A stretch of 41,947 nt of DNA from IMG/VR virus record IMGVR_UViG_3300042278_000030. One strand, written 5' to 3'. A program made the position numbers and the translations under genes. This stretch comes from a virus. The notes beneath the pieces are model-generated. The model had not been told where the DNA came from, searched no databases, and saw only the letters and a list, made by a program, of their open reading frames with translations. Positions 1 through 8,077 of this stretch are shown here, piece by piece; within the stretch, counting starts at the first letter, position 1; each line of letters starts with the position of its first letter.

Positions 1-127
1 CGGTGACGCTTGGCACGCTGGTGCACTACGCAGAAGAGGCGGGATGGATTGCGCCGGTGGCGTTTACCAGCGACGTCCATTTTGAGCTGCCGGAAGAGTC
101 GCCAAGCCTGGAGGATGAAAGCGTAGA
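1..127. repeat. Exact 127-bp terminal duplication, copy 1 (identical to 41821-41947)
   Basis: Direct comparison of the first and last lines of the window: cggtgacgcttggcacgctg...gaggatgaaagcgtaga occurs at both ends with no mismatch. Confidence 0.97.
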
Positions 128-1466
128 TCTCTTGAGGCCGCCGGGGTTTGCCGGGACGCTGACTAAATGGATCAACGACCGCCAGCGGCACCCCCGCGAA
201 TATTTGGCCGTCGCCGCTGCCCTGATGACGATATCCAGCGTTGCGGGCATGAGATATGTTGATCCATTGGACGGCATAACGCCAAACCTGTTTTTGTTCG
301 GTGTTTCGGGGTCCGCAACCGGCAAAGAGTCGATCCTGAAAAGCTACTCAGAGCTTGCCCGTGCTGCTGGTGTTGCGGCTGCTACTCACGGCGGATTCAA
401 GTCTGAGCAGGAAATTTACCGGAACCTGACCAGACACCAAGCGGCCCTGTACGCAATAGACGAGCTTGGCGAGCAGCTAGCAAAGATCGTTAACGCCAGG
501 GCCAAGGGTACGGCCGCGTATCTTGAAGGCATTATCGGCACGCTGATGTCGTTGTACTCAAAAGCGAACAGCCACGCCATGATCACGGGCGACCTTAAGG
601 AGGAGATCCGCCAAGGGCTGGCGCGTGAGTATGCCGCTGTGCAAAAAAGACTGGACGAAAACGAAGGCACCGACAGGGATGAAAGCCGAGCGGAGTCCCT
701 GAAAAAGCAGCTGGACAGCATAGACAGCGGCATAGAGCGGCCATACCTGAACATCTTTGGGCTGACAACGCCCGAGCGCTTCGAGGGTCTGATGGACTAC
801 GATATGGCCACCAACGGCTTTATGGGGCGTTCTCTCATCTTTCGGGAGCGGGAAGACAACCCGAGAAGCAAGCCAAGGGGCAAGGTCAAGCGCGGGCCGG
901 CGCCAGACGACATAGCGGCGATACTGCGGAGCTTGTACGCGCCGGGGCACTCCGAGCTTTTCGAGCGGGTGGAGTGCATCGGGGAGCCGGTAGAGATACC
1001 AACAACCAAGGATGCCGAAGCCATGCTGGACGAAGTGGAGCAGGCATTCTACGAGATGGCCGAAAGGGCCAAGCATGAAAACGGATTAACGGCTATCCCA
1101 AGGCGTGGCTATGAGCAGGTTGCCAAGGTATCGATGATCCTTGCCATACCTGGGGGCCTCAGAACGCCTGAGCACGTCCGATGGGCCTATAAGCTGGTGA
1201 AGCAGGACATCGATGAAAAAATGAAGTTGGCGAATGCCAATAGTTCCAGCGACAAGCAGGACGCATTAGCCAGCGCGGTGATGAGCCATGTAACCGTGGA
1301 CCATGGTGAGACCATCGGGAGGCTGCGCAACAAGTGCCGGAAGTTCCGGCCAGAGGATGTGGACAAGATCGTTGAAAAGCTGGAGGAGGCCGGTTATCTG
1401 CGATCAGAAGACCATTCGGCAGGGCGCGGGAAGAAAACGAAAAAATATTTTGCCGTTAAAGATTGA
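3..1466 (+). CDS. Primase-polymerase / DUF3987-type helicase-like replication protein, C-terminal part (same gene as 41010..41947; unique part is 128..1466)
   Basis: Open at the window start. The frame is continuous with 41010..41947 through the duplicated ends (offset 41820 is divisible by 3). A PriCT-like segment (VTLGTLVHYAEEAGW) is followed by a large C-terminal domain of the kind fused to phage/plasmid primases. Stop TGA at 1464-1466. Confidence 0.85.
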   Translation: MTLGTLVHYAEEAGWIAPVAFTSDVHFELPEESPSLEDESVDLLRPPGFAGTLTKWINDRQRHPREYLAVAAALMTISSVAGMRYVDPLDGITPNLFLFGVSGSATGKESILKSYSELARAAGVAAATHGGFKSEQEIYRNLTRHQAALYAIDELGEQLAKIVNARAKGTAAYLEGIIGTLMSLYSKANSHAMITGDLKEEIRQGLAREYAAVQKRLDENEGTDRDESRAESLKKQLDSIDSGIERPYLNIFGLTTPERFEGLMDYDMATNGFMGRSLIFREREDNPRSKPRGKVKRGPAPDDIAAILRSLYAPGHSELFERVECIGEPVEIPTTKDAEAMLDEVEQAFYEMAERAKHENGLTAIPRRGYEQVAKVSMILAIPGGLRTPEHVRWAYKLVKQDIDEKMKLANANSSSDKQDALASAVMSHVTVDHGETIGRLRNKCRKFRPEDVDKIVEKLEEAGYLRSEDHSAGRGKKTKKYFAVKD

Positions 1467-1543
1467 CAGTGCATTATAGTTTTACTAAAGTGTGAAGTGT
1501 CGCAACAAGGCGCGACTGGCAAACCCAATGTGGAGACAATCCG

Positions 1544-2311
1544 ATGAGTAATATCCTATCTCTGGCAAAGAAGCCGGAAAACCGCCCGATCATCTGCACC
1601 ATTACAGGCGATGCTGGCGTAGGCAAAACCCGTCTTGCCGCAACTTTTCCAAATCCTGTTTTTATCCGTGCCGAAGATGGCATGCAGTCCATCCCGGAAG
1701 ATGAGCGCCCGGACGCCTTCCCCGTTATCTCTGACCCGAAAGATTTGTGGGATCAGCTTACCGCGCTGATTAACGAAGAGCATGACTACAAAACAGTTGT
1801 TATTGACTCCGTAACGGCGCTGGAGCGGCTTTTCATCCAGCATGTTGTAGATAGCGACCCGAAGAAGCCAAAGAGCATCAACCAGGCCTTGGGCGGGTAC
1901 GGTGCCGGGCTGGCGGCGGTGGCATCCATGCATCAGCGAGTACGAAAGGCGGCGGGCCTGCTGAACGCCAAAGGCATCCACGTTGTTTTCATTGCGCATG
2001 CCGATACCGTAACCATCGAGCTGCCAGACCAAGACCCGTACACCCGCTATGATCTGCGACTTGGCAAGCGTAGCACTGCGCCCTATGTCGATGACGTTGA
2101 TCTGGTCGGCTACCTCAAACTGGAAACTTTCACCACTGGGGATGGCGAGCGCAAGAAGGCCATTTCTGATGGGACCCGCGTTCTGGTGACGTACACAACC
2201 GCCGCGAACGTGAGCAAAAACCGTTATCACATTTCTGATGACTTGGAAGTGCCGGAAGGCAAAAACCCTCTGATTGATTACGTACCCACCCTGAAAGGAG
2301 AAGTGGCATGA
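1544..2311 (+). CDS. Sak4-like / AAA_24 RecA-family ATPase
   Basis: Walker A ITGDAGVGKT and Walker B-like TVVIDS. SD tGGAGAcaatccgATG. The stop overlaps the next start (ATGA at 2308-2311). Confidence 0.8.
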   Translation: MSNILSLAKKPENRPIICTITGDAGVGKTRLAATFPNPVFIRAEDGMQSIPEDERPDAFPVISDPKDLWDQLTALINEEHDYKTVVIDSVTALERLFIQHVVDSDPKKPKSINQALGGYGAGLAAVASMHQRVRKAAGLLNAKGIHVVFIAHADTVTIELPDQDPYTRYDLRLGKRSTAPYVDDVDLVGYLKLETFTTGDGERKKAISDGTRVLVTYTTAANVSKNRYHISDDLEVPEGKNPLIDYVPTLKGEVA

Positions 2312-2844
2312 GCTTTTTTAACTTTGATGACAAAGTGGACGGCAACTTTGATTCCGGCGCTGGAATGGAACCGATTCCAAACAACACTAACGTCCTGGCG
2401 GCGCCAGACGAGGCCAAATGGGACGAATATGATGGTGACCGTTACATCAGTTTGCGCTGGTCGGTGATTGCGCCGAAGGAGTACAAGAACCGGAAAATCT
2501 TCCAAAAGGTCCGCGTCATGGACTCTGACGCGAAAAAGGCGGAGAAGGCCAAGCGCATGCTGGCGGCTATCGACGCGAACGCGGGCGGCAAGTTGATGAA
2601 GGCCAACGAGGAGCCCACGGATAAAAGTCTGACCATGGCGCTCGTCAACAAGCCGATGGTGCTGAAGGTCATGAAGTGGGAGATTCCGGCGGAGCAGTCC
2701 AACGACGGCCAGCATCGCGAAGGTAACTGGGTGGCAGCGGTAAGCCCCCGAAAAGGCAGCGAGCCAGTGGAGCCGGTGAAGAAGGAGGAGCCAGCGCCTG
2801 CGCCTGTTGATGATGAATTCGAGGATGACGTGCCTTTTAATTGA
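2308..2844 (+). CDS. DUF669-like phage ssDNA-binding protein with SSB-type acidic C-terminal tip
   Basis: Lies immediately after the Sak4-like ATPase, which is the usual DUF669 position. The Pro/Glu-rich linker ends in DDEFEDDVPFN, resembling the DDDIPF tip of bacterial SSB. Confidence 0.7.
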   Translation: MSFFNFDDKVDGNFDSGAGMEPIPNNTNVLAAPDEAKWDEYDGDRYISLRWSVIAPKEYKNRKIFQKVRVMDSDAKKAEKAKRMLAAIDANAGGKLMKANEEPTDKSLTMALVNKPMVLKVMKWEIPAEQSNDGQHREGNWVAAVSPRKGSEPVEPVKKEEPAPAPVDDEFEDDVPFN

Positions 2845-2882
2845 CGCCGCCCTGGGCGTTCCGAAATACAGGAAGCTTTTAG

Positions 2883-2907
2883 GGGCGGTGCTCGCCGCCC
2901 TTTCTTT
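2883..2907 (+). terminator. Intrinsic terminator/attenuator after the SSB-like gene
   Basis: GGGCGG (2883-2888) pairs with CCGCCC (2895-2900) around loop tgctcg, followed by tttcttt. Confidence 0.5.
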
Positions 2908-2926
2908 CCCGATGCGGAGTAAAAAG

Positions 2927-3784
2927 ATGGAAAAGCAGCGATCAAACGCATGGTTTGAAAAGCGAAAAGGCCGCGTTACAGGCTCCAATGTCGGGGCAAT
3001 ACTTGGCCTGAACAAATACAAAACCGCAGATGACGTGCTGCGCGAAATGGTTCGGGCATGGCACGGCGCTGAACGAGAGTTTGAGGGCAATCAGGCCACG
3101 GAGTGGGGGACCTTTAACGAGGATGGCGCTATTGCGGAGTACCAGATGGAAACCGGCAATAAGGTTGAAGAGTGCGGTTTCTTCGTGCATCCAGAACATG
3201 AGTGGCTAGGCGCAAGCCCTGACGGATTGATTGGTGCGGACGGTACAGTGGAAATTAAGTGCCCATATGGTAAGCGGGACAGCGCCGATTTTAAGCCTTT
3301 GGATGACCAGCCGCATTACGCCGCGCAAGTACAAATTGAAATGGCATGTACCGGCAGAACGTGGTGCCACTTCTATCAATGGAGCCCGAAAGGAACGAAG
3401 TTAGAGCGCGTAGAGATCGACCCCCTGTTTCTGGAGTGGGCCATTCCCGAGTTGCGTCGATTCCATGACCGCTTTCTTTCAGAGATTGACAACCCCGAAC
3501 ATTTGCAGCCGAAGCGCAAGCAAATCAACAGCGCCATAGCTGAAAAGCTGGTGCAAGAGTACGACGAACTGACCGAAGCGCTGGAGCGCGCCAGCCAGCG
3601 GAAAAAGGAAATCCTGGACACGCTCGTCCTGTTAGCCAAAGAGCGCGACGCGGAAATCTGCGGCAAGAAGCTTACCAAGGTGGAGCGCAAGGGCAGCATC
3701 GACTACAAAAGGATCCCGGAGCTGGCCGGCGTCAATCTTGAGCAGTACCGCAAGGCGAGTTCTAGTTATTGGAGGCTGTCGTGA
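2927..3784 (+). CDS. YqaJ / lambda-exonuclease-like PD-(D/E)XK recombination exonuclease
   Basis: SD GGAGtaaaaagATG at 2927 (chosen over the longer 2807 start in the ORF track). Motifs RVTGSNVGAILG, ASPDGLI and VEIKCP match the YqaJ catalytic core. Confidence 0.85.
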   Translation: MEKQRSNAWFEKRKGRVTGSNVGAILGLNKYKTADDVLREMVRAWHGAEREFEGNQATEWGTFNEDGAIAEYQMETGNKVEECGFFVHPEHEWLGASPDGLIGADGTVEIKCPYGKRDSADFKPLDDQPHYAAQVQIEMACTGRTWCHFYQWSPKGTKLERVEIDPLFLEWAIPELRRFHDRFLSEIDNPEHLQPKRKQINSAIAEKLVQEYDELTEALERASQRKKEILDTLVLLAKERDAEICGKKLTKVERKGSIDYKRIPELAGVNLEQYRKASSSYWRLS

Positions 3785-4566
3785 GCAAAAGAGACTGGAG
3801 AAGAGAGCATGAAGTAGCGTGCCAAGCCCTTGAGGTTGCGAAAGGGCGGGCAGAAGATCGGTATAGTCTTCCGGCTTCGGTAATTGTTTTCAGGAAAATA
3901 GACAAAAACGGCAAGGTCTCCGTTGGATTTAAGGACTATTCGTCCGGCAAAAATTTCAGGCTTATCCCTAGAAAAGAAGTTGAGTCAATGGGAATTGATG
4001 TTTACTCGTTGCCTGAGTACACGGAGTTCAGCAAAAAATACTATGAACTTCTGGATGCCGCAAACAAATATTTCTATGAGTGCAGAAAGGCATCAAAGGA
4101 CGTGCTCTATTCTGCAAAAATAGAATACTTGCATCGTTTTTATGCAGATCGGCGTGAGATATACGATTCTTATATGTCCAGCCCTGAATGGGCAGCTAAG
4201 CGTCAGCAATGCTACCAGGTGCACGGAACTACTTGTGTGGACTGCATGGAGCGCCCTGCCACGGATATTCATCACAAGCACTATGAGACTCTGGGTGATG
4301 AGTGCCCTCAGAATGACATTGTTCCGCTTTGCTCGCAGTGCCATAAGGCAAGGCACGATTCCGGAGACCTAGAAAACGCCCCTAAAAAGTACGCATACGG
4401 AAATGGTGGCGTGAAGGTTGGCAAGGTGGTGGATCATCCAAGGTTCGGAAAAGGATTGGTTGTAGAGGTTAATGGAAGTGGGAAGATGGCCAGGGTTAAA
4501 GTTAATTTTTGCGATTTCGATAGGTGGCTTGTGCTTGCTTATGCGCCACTAAGGTTGATCGGATGA
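3781..4566 (+). CDS. HNH nuclease fused to a UvrD/PcrA C-terminal Tudor-like (DUF3553-like) domain
   Basis: GTG start at 3781 follows GGAGG (3771-3775) and overlaps the upstream stop (GTGA). HNH motif CVDCMERPATDIHHKHY...NDIVPLCSQCHKARH. The C-terminal VGKVVDHPRFGKGLVVEVNGSGKMARVKVNFCDFDRWLVLAYAPLRLI matches the UvrD/PcrA CTD pattern. GC is visibly lower than in flanking genes. Confidence 0.75.
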   Translation: MSKRDWRREHEVACQALEVAKGRAEDRYSLPASVIVFRKIDKNGKVSVGFKDYSSGKNFRLIPRKEVESMGIDVYSLPEYTEFSKKYYELLDAANKYFYECRKASKDVLYSAKIEYLHRFYADRREIYDSYMSSPEWAAKRQQCYQVHGTTCVDCMERPATDIHHKHYETLGDECPQNDIVPLCSQCHKARHDSGDLENAPKKYAYGNGGVKVGKVVDHPRFGKGLVVEVNGSGKMARVKVNFCDFDRWLVLAYAPLRLIG

Positions 4567-6374
4567 TCCTCCAAAACCTCCGCCCCTATCAGCGGGAGGC
4601 ATTCCAGGCGGTCATGGACTGGGTTCGCCAGTCCGTAGACCCATGCCTGATAGAGTCGGCAACTGGTAGTGGAAAAAGCTGGATAATCGCGGCCCTGGCT
4701 TACGAGCTTCACCGAATCAGCAAGGGCAAGCACGTCCTGTGCCTCGCCCCGAATGCCGATCTGGTAAAGCAAAACCGAGAGAAATACCTTACCACTGGCG
4801 ACCCGGCAAGCGTGTATAGCGCCTCTGCCGGAGGGCGCTGTTTAAGGCATCCGGTTGTTTTCGCCACCCCTGGAACTTTCAAGAAAGTCGCCCGCACCAT
4901 GGGCAGCAAATTTTGCGCGGTCATCATTGACGAGTGCCACGGCATTACGCCTACCATCAAGACAATCATCGACCTGATGCGGGACAGCAACCCGAACTTG
5001 CGAATTATCGGGACAACTGCCACCCCATATCGCCTAGGTGAAGGATTCATCTACCAGATGGATGAAGAGGGCAATCTAAACGGCGACCATTGTGCCAAGG
5101 ACCCGTATTTCGTCAAAAAGGTTTATACAGTTCCGGCAAGGCTTCTGATTGATAGCGGTTACCTGACGCGGCCCGTCATTGGCGCCATTGGCGCTGAGCA
5201 ATACGATACGGCAAATCTTGTACTGAATAATTCGGGCAAATGGAAGCAATCAACCGTCGATCAGGCATTTGTGGGGCACGGTCGGAAAACGGCGGCCGTT
5301 GTTGCCGATGTTGTCAGGCAGTCGCAAGGGCGCAAAGGCGTTATGCTGTTTGCAGCAACCGTAGAGCACGCCAGAGAGATCATGGCAAGCCTTCCGCCTT
5401 CAATGAGCCGCATGATAGGGGGCGACGAAAACACCGGGAAAAAGGCGCGTGAGGCGCTTGTGCGCGACTTCAAAGAGAGGAAGTTTAAGTATTTGGTATC
5501 AGTACAGACCATGACAACCGGCGTTGATTTTGTCCACGTCGATGTAATCGCTATTCTCCGCGCTACGGAGTCCGTGGCCCTGCTTCAGCAGATCATCGGG
5601 CGCGGCCTGCGCGTATGCGAGGGCAAAGACGATGTACTGATTCTGGACTACGCTGAGAACCTGGAGCGGCATTGCCCAGATGGCGATATTTTCGCGCCAG
5701 AAATCACCGCCAGCATGACTAGTGGAGAAAAGGGCATCATTGACGCCGAGTGCGCTGAGTGCGGAGCGATCAACAAATTCAGCGCCCGCAAGAACCCTGA
5801 GCAGTTTAAAGTCAACCGATACGGTTACTTTGTGGATCTCGCAGGCCAGGAGATTGCCACGGAGCATGGTCCAATGCCCGCCCATTATGGAAGGCGCTGC
5901 CAGGGTCTCGTTAAGCGCGGGCCGACTCATGTGCAATGCAGCCACCGATGGACATCGAAAGAATGCAAAAGGTGCGGAGAGCATAACGACATTGCCGCTC
6001 GGTATTGCGCGTCATGCCGTGAAGAGCTTATAGACCCAAACGAGAAGCTGCGTATCGAGTTTAAGCGCATGAAGCGCGACCCGAGCCAGATACAGACCGA
6101 CCGCGTTATCAACATGGAGCAGAAGCCAGTCGTTACGCGCAGCGGCAAAGAGTGCCTGCTAGTGACATTTGAAACGGAGTGGCGGTCATTCAGCGTGTGG
6201 CTGCATCCAGAAGCTCGGAACGGAAGAATGCAGGCCGAATACCTGCAATTTATGGACGCCACTAAGAGCGGCGTAGAGCGGCCTGAGACCGTGACTTACC
6301 TAAAGGAAGAGTCTGGGTTTTATCGAATATTTGATTATGGGAGAAAAGCTGATGAGATTCCCGAGATGGCTTAA
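4563..6374 (+). CDS. SF2 (DEAD/DEAH, ResIII-type) DNA helicase with C-terminal zinc-ribbon region
   Basis: ATGA overlap with the upstream stop. Motif I ATGSGKS, motif II IIDECH, motif III TATP, motif VI QQIIGRGLR. The C-terminal part carries CAECG...C and CKRCG...CASC pairs. Confidence 0.9.
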   Translation: MILQNLRPYQREAFQAVMDWVRQSVDPCLIESATGSGKSWIIAALAYELHRISKGKHVLCLAPNADLVKQNREKYLTTGDPASVYSASAGGRCLRHPVVFATPGTFKKVARTMGSKFCAVIIDECHGITPTIKTIIDLMRDSNPNLRIIGTTATPYRLGEGFIYQMDEEGNLNGDHCAKDPYFVKKVYTVPARLLIDSGYLTRPVIGAIGAEQYDTANLVLNNSGKWKQSTVDQAFVGHGRKTAAVVADVVRQSQGRKGVMLFAATVEHAREIMASLPPSMSRMIGGDENTGKKAREALVRDFKERKFKYLVSVQTMTTGVDFVHVDVIAILRATESVALLQQIIGRGLRVCEGKDDVLILDYAENLERHCPDGDIFAPEITASMTSGEKGIIDAECAECGAINKFSARKNPEQFKVNRYGYFVDLAGQEIATEHGPMPAHYGRRCQGLVKRGPTHVQCSHRWTSKECKRCGEHNDIAARYCASCREELIDPNEKLRIEFKRMKRDPSQIQTDRVINMEQKPVVTRSGKECLLVTFETEWRSFSVWLHPEARNGRMQAEYLQFMDATKSGVERPETVTYLKEESGFYRIFDYGRKADEIPEMA

Positions 6375-6771
6375 GGTATACGGTCAGCAGGACTACCGGG
6401 GCGACTGCCCCCAAGAATCCGCAGAACAGATAACCTTCTTCGGCCAGCTTCGCGCCCAGTACCCAGACACGCTCGGTGTTTTGGCGTTGCACCCGAAGAA
6501 CGAAGAGAAGCGCAAGGGGCGGGATTTCCAGAAGCTGGCGCGGGATAAAGCCATGGGGCTGTCGCCCGGCGCCAGTGATATCATCATTCCGGGATGCCCG
6601 GCTTTTGTGTGCGAGATGAAGCGAGCCGACCATACAAAAAGCAAATGGCAACCTGGGCAGCTTGAGTATCTGGAGGCTGCCCATAATGCGGGCGCTTTCG
6701 TGTGCGTGGCACTGGGATGGGAAGCGGCAATGGAGGCAGTAGCAGATTGGCTAGAACAGAAGAAAGGCTGA
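6352..6771 (+). CDS. VRR-NUC domain nuclease
   Basis: SD GGGAGAaaagctgATG. The sequence PGASDIIIPGCPAFVCEMKRAD supplies the D...ExK nuclease core. The helicase-adjacent position is typical. Confidence 0.8.
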   Translation: MRFPRWLKVYGQQDYRGDCPQESAEQITFFGQLRAQYPDTLGVLALHPKNEEKRKGRDFQKLARDKAMGLSPGASDIIIPGCPAFVCEMKRADHTKSKWQPGQLEYLEAAHNAGAFVCVALGWEAAMEAVADWLEQKKG

Positions 6772-6989
6772 AAGACGCACTTAGCGGCAGGCTCCGGGTA
6801 TCTGAGCTTTGCGACTTTGAGCGCTCCGCATTGCGCATTCATATTTATTTTAGAGCTTCTGAGCTTCTGGACATGCCAAGAAACGAAATGAAGAAGGCAG
6901 GCGAAAGCCTGCCAGAAGACATACGCGATTTGGTGCGGGCGGAATGCCAGCGGATAATCCAATATAGGAAGCAAAAAAGCGGCCCCTAA
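6747..6989 (+). CDS. Hypothetical protein (start uncertain, TTG 6747)
   Basis: Open frame 6702..6989. GGAGG at 6732-6736 lies 10 nt before TTG 6747. This is the last ORF of the rightward block. Confidence 0.4.
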   Translation: MARTEERLKDALSGRLRVSELCDFERSALRIHIYFRASELLDMPRNEMKKAGESLPEDIRDLVRAECQRIIQYRKQKSGP

Positions 6990-6997
6990 GAGCCGCT
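6978..6997. terminator. Short hairpin at the convergent junction of blocks A and B
   Basis: AGCGGC (6978-6983) pairs with GCCGCT (6992-6997). The stop codons of both convergent ORFs (TAA 6987-6989 on +, TAG 6986-6988 on -) sit in the loop. Short stem, no clear U-tract. Confidence 0.35.
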
Positions 6998-7147
6998 ATC
7001 CTCCATCTCCTCCGGCGTAGTCGTCGTGTCCAGCTCGATCTCGCCGTCACAGAGCCTATCCCAGCACAGCCACCGGTCGTAGTCCCACTGACAGCCATAG
7101 AAAAACGACATGCGCCCGCCACAGATGGGGCATTCTGGCTCGGTCAT
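6986..7147 (-). CDS. 53-aa zinc-ribbon-like miniprotein
   Basis: Not in the ORF track (<60 aa). GGAGGcaatacccATG. Translation MTEPECPICGGRMSFFYGCQWDYDRWLCWDRLCDGEIELDTTTTPEEMEDSGS. ATGA overlap with the upstream ORF. Confidence 0.6.
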   Translation of the reverse strand: MTEPECPICGGRMSFFYGCQWDYDRWLCWDRLCDGEIELDTTTTPEEMEDSGS

Positions 7148-7332
7148 GGGTATTGCCTCCACTTGCAGTCGCTACAACTGGGGTCTGTCGTGCGCCATGT
7201 GTGGCCGCAGGAATTCGACTCCTCCAGCGGCAACCAAGGCTCCCCAGGGCGCGGCCTGTCCTTGCAGGCGTAGCGGTGGTTTGGGTCGATTGGAGCGTGG
7301 TGGTTTAGGTCTGATTCGGGTTTGTAGGTCAT
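7144..7332 (-). CDS. 62-aa Cys/His-containing hypothetical protein
   Basis: SD GGAGtgcgaaaATG, with ATGA overlaps at both ends. Confidence 0.6.
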   Translation of the reverse strand: MTYKPESDLNHHAPIDPNHRYACKDRPRPGEPWLPLEESNSCGHTWRTTDPSCSDCKWRQYP

Positions 7333-7547
7333 TTTCGCACTCCAATCCAGTTAAACAACCTCCGGAGCGCATACGAGCGCACCAGAGACACGAGAGTAAA
7401 GATTAAGGCGATGCCCGCATGCTGGCCCGTGCTGGCGTAAAAGCCGAACAGCGGGAACACGAGGGCTTGTGTCAGCATTGCCACGGCGTAGCCGACTGCG
7501 ACGTTGCAGGCGGCTTCGGTGGCGCTGGCTAGTTTGGTTTGGGTCAT
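7329..7547 (-). CDS. 72-aa membrane protein (two predicted TM helices)
   Basis: Hydrophobic stretches AACNVAVGYAVAMLTQALVFPLF and GIALIFTLVSLV. ATGA overlap downstream. Confidence 0.7.
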   Translation of the reverse strand: MTQTKLASATEAACNVAVGYAVAMLTQALVFPLFGFYASTGQHAGIALIFTLVSLVRSYALRRLFNWIGVRK

Positions 7548-7684
7548 TTGGCTTTCCTCTCCTTCCGCTCATGCGGACAATACGAACAATACCCATAACG
7601 CCCGCAAGGATTGCTCCCATCCGGGCAAAGGTAAGGCGGCTTGCTGTGCCGCCCTTTGGTGTTTTCTGGCTTGGCGTCAGGCAT
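7544..7684 (-). CDS. 46-aa Cys-rich basic miniprotein
   Basis: Internal ATG 7684 is preceded by GGAGGtttc. Sequence MPDAKPENTKGRHSKPPYLCPDGSNPCGRYGYCSYCPHERKERKAK. Overlaps the upstream stop by 8 nt. Confidence 0.5.
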   Translation of the reverse strand: MPDAKPENTKGRHSKPPYLCPDGSNPCGRYGYCSYCPHERKERKAK

Positions 7685-7871
7685 GAAACCTCCCCCGCTT
7701 AGCGGCATCCTCAGCACACTCCGCCGAACAATAAGCCCCTTGCTCAATCGGCTCATCACACCATCGGCAGCGGCCGCAATAGGCCATCTCAGGCCGCGCA
7801 ATCACCGCCCGGATTGCGGCAATTCGTTCCATTTCCGCCAGGTCGTTTGCTTTGTCGATTTCGTCAGCCAT
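7677..7871 (-). CDS. TraR/DksA-family C4 zinc-finger protein
   Basis: CGRCRWCDEPIEQGAYCSAEC is the TraR/DksA-type CxxC-(n)-CxxC pattern, and the size is typical of phage TraR homologues. Confidence 0.75.
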   Translation of the reverse strand: MADEIDKANDLAEMERIAAIRAVIARPEMAYCGRCRWCDEPIEQGAYCSAECAEDAAKRGRFHA

Positions 7872-8070
7872 CGTTAATCATCCCCCTCTGTCGCTTATTA
7901 GGCTCCATCGCCCGATGCACAGCAATCGCCATGTCGGCAACGCCCTGTTGATAATCCTCAGAGCCGCCCGTAGGCAGCTCGATTGCTTTGATCCTGTCCA
8001 GCTTGGCCCTCAGCGCTTTGATTTCGCGCTTGGCGTGGCCGAGTTGGTCTTCCAGCCGTTTATTTCGCAT
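7864..8070 (-). CDS. 68-aa coiled-coil hypothetical protein
   Basis: Heptad-like LEDQLGHAKREIKALRAKLDRIKAI. First ORF after the terminator at 8078-8104. Confidence 0.6.
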   Translation of the reverse strand: MRNKRLEDQLGHAKREIKALRAKLDRIKAIELPTGGSEDYQQGVADMAIAVHRAMEPNKRQRGMINDG

Positions 8071-8077
8071 AGCCCAC

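Noticed and set aside
1-127. The 127-bp end repeat as a genuine direct terminal repeat of the virion DNA
   Set aside because: It interrupts the middle of the prim-pol reading frame, and its length equals a common maximum assembler k-mer, so an assembly overlap of a circular contig is more parsimonious. Read-level data are needed for certainty.
6850-7122. 90-aa ORF from the track at the block A/B junction
   Set aside because: A different - strand frame holds a 53-aa ORF (6986..7147) with a GGAGG RBS, CxxC motifs and an ATGA overlap to its upstream neighbour. The 90-aa frame has none of these and an Arg-rich composition.
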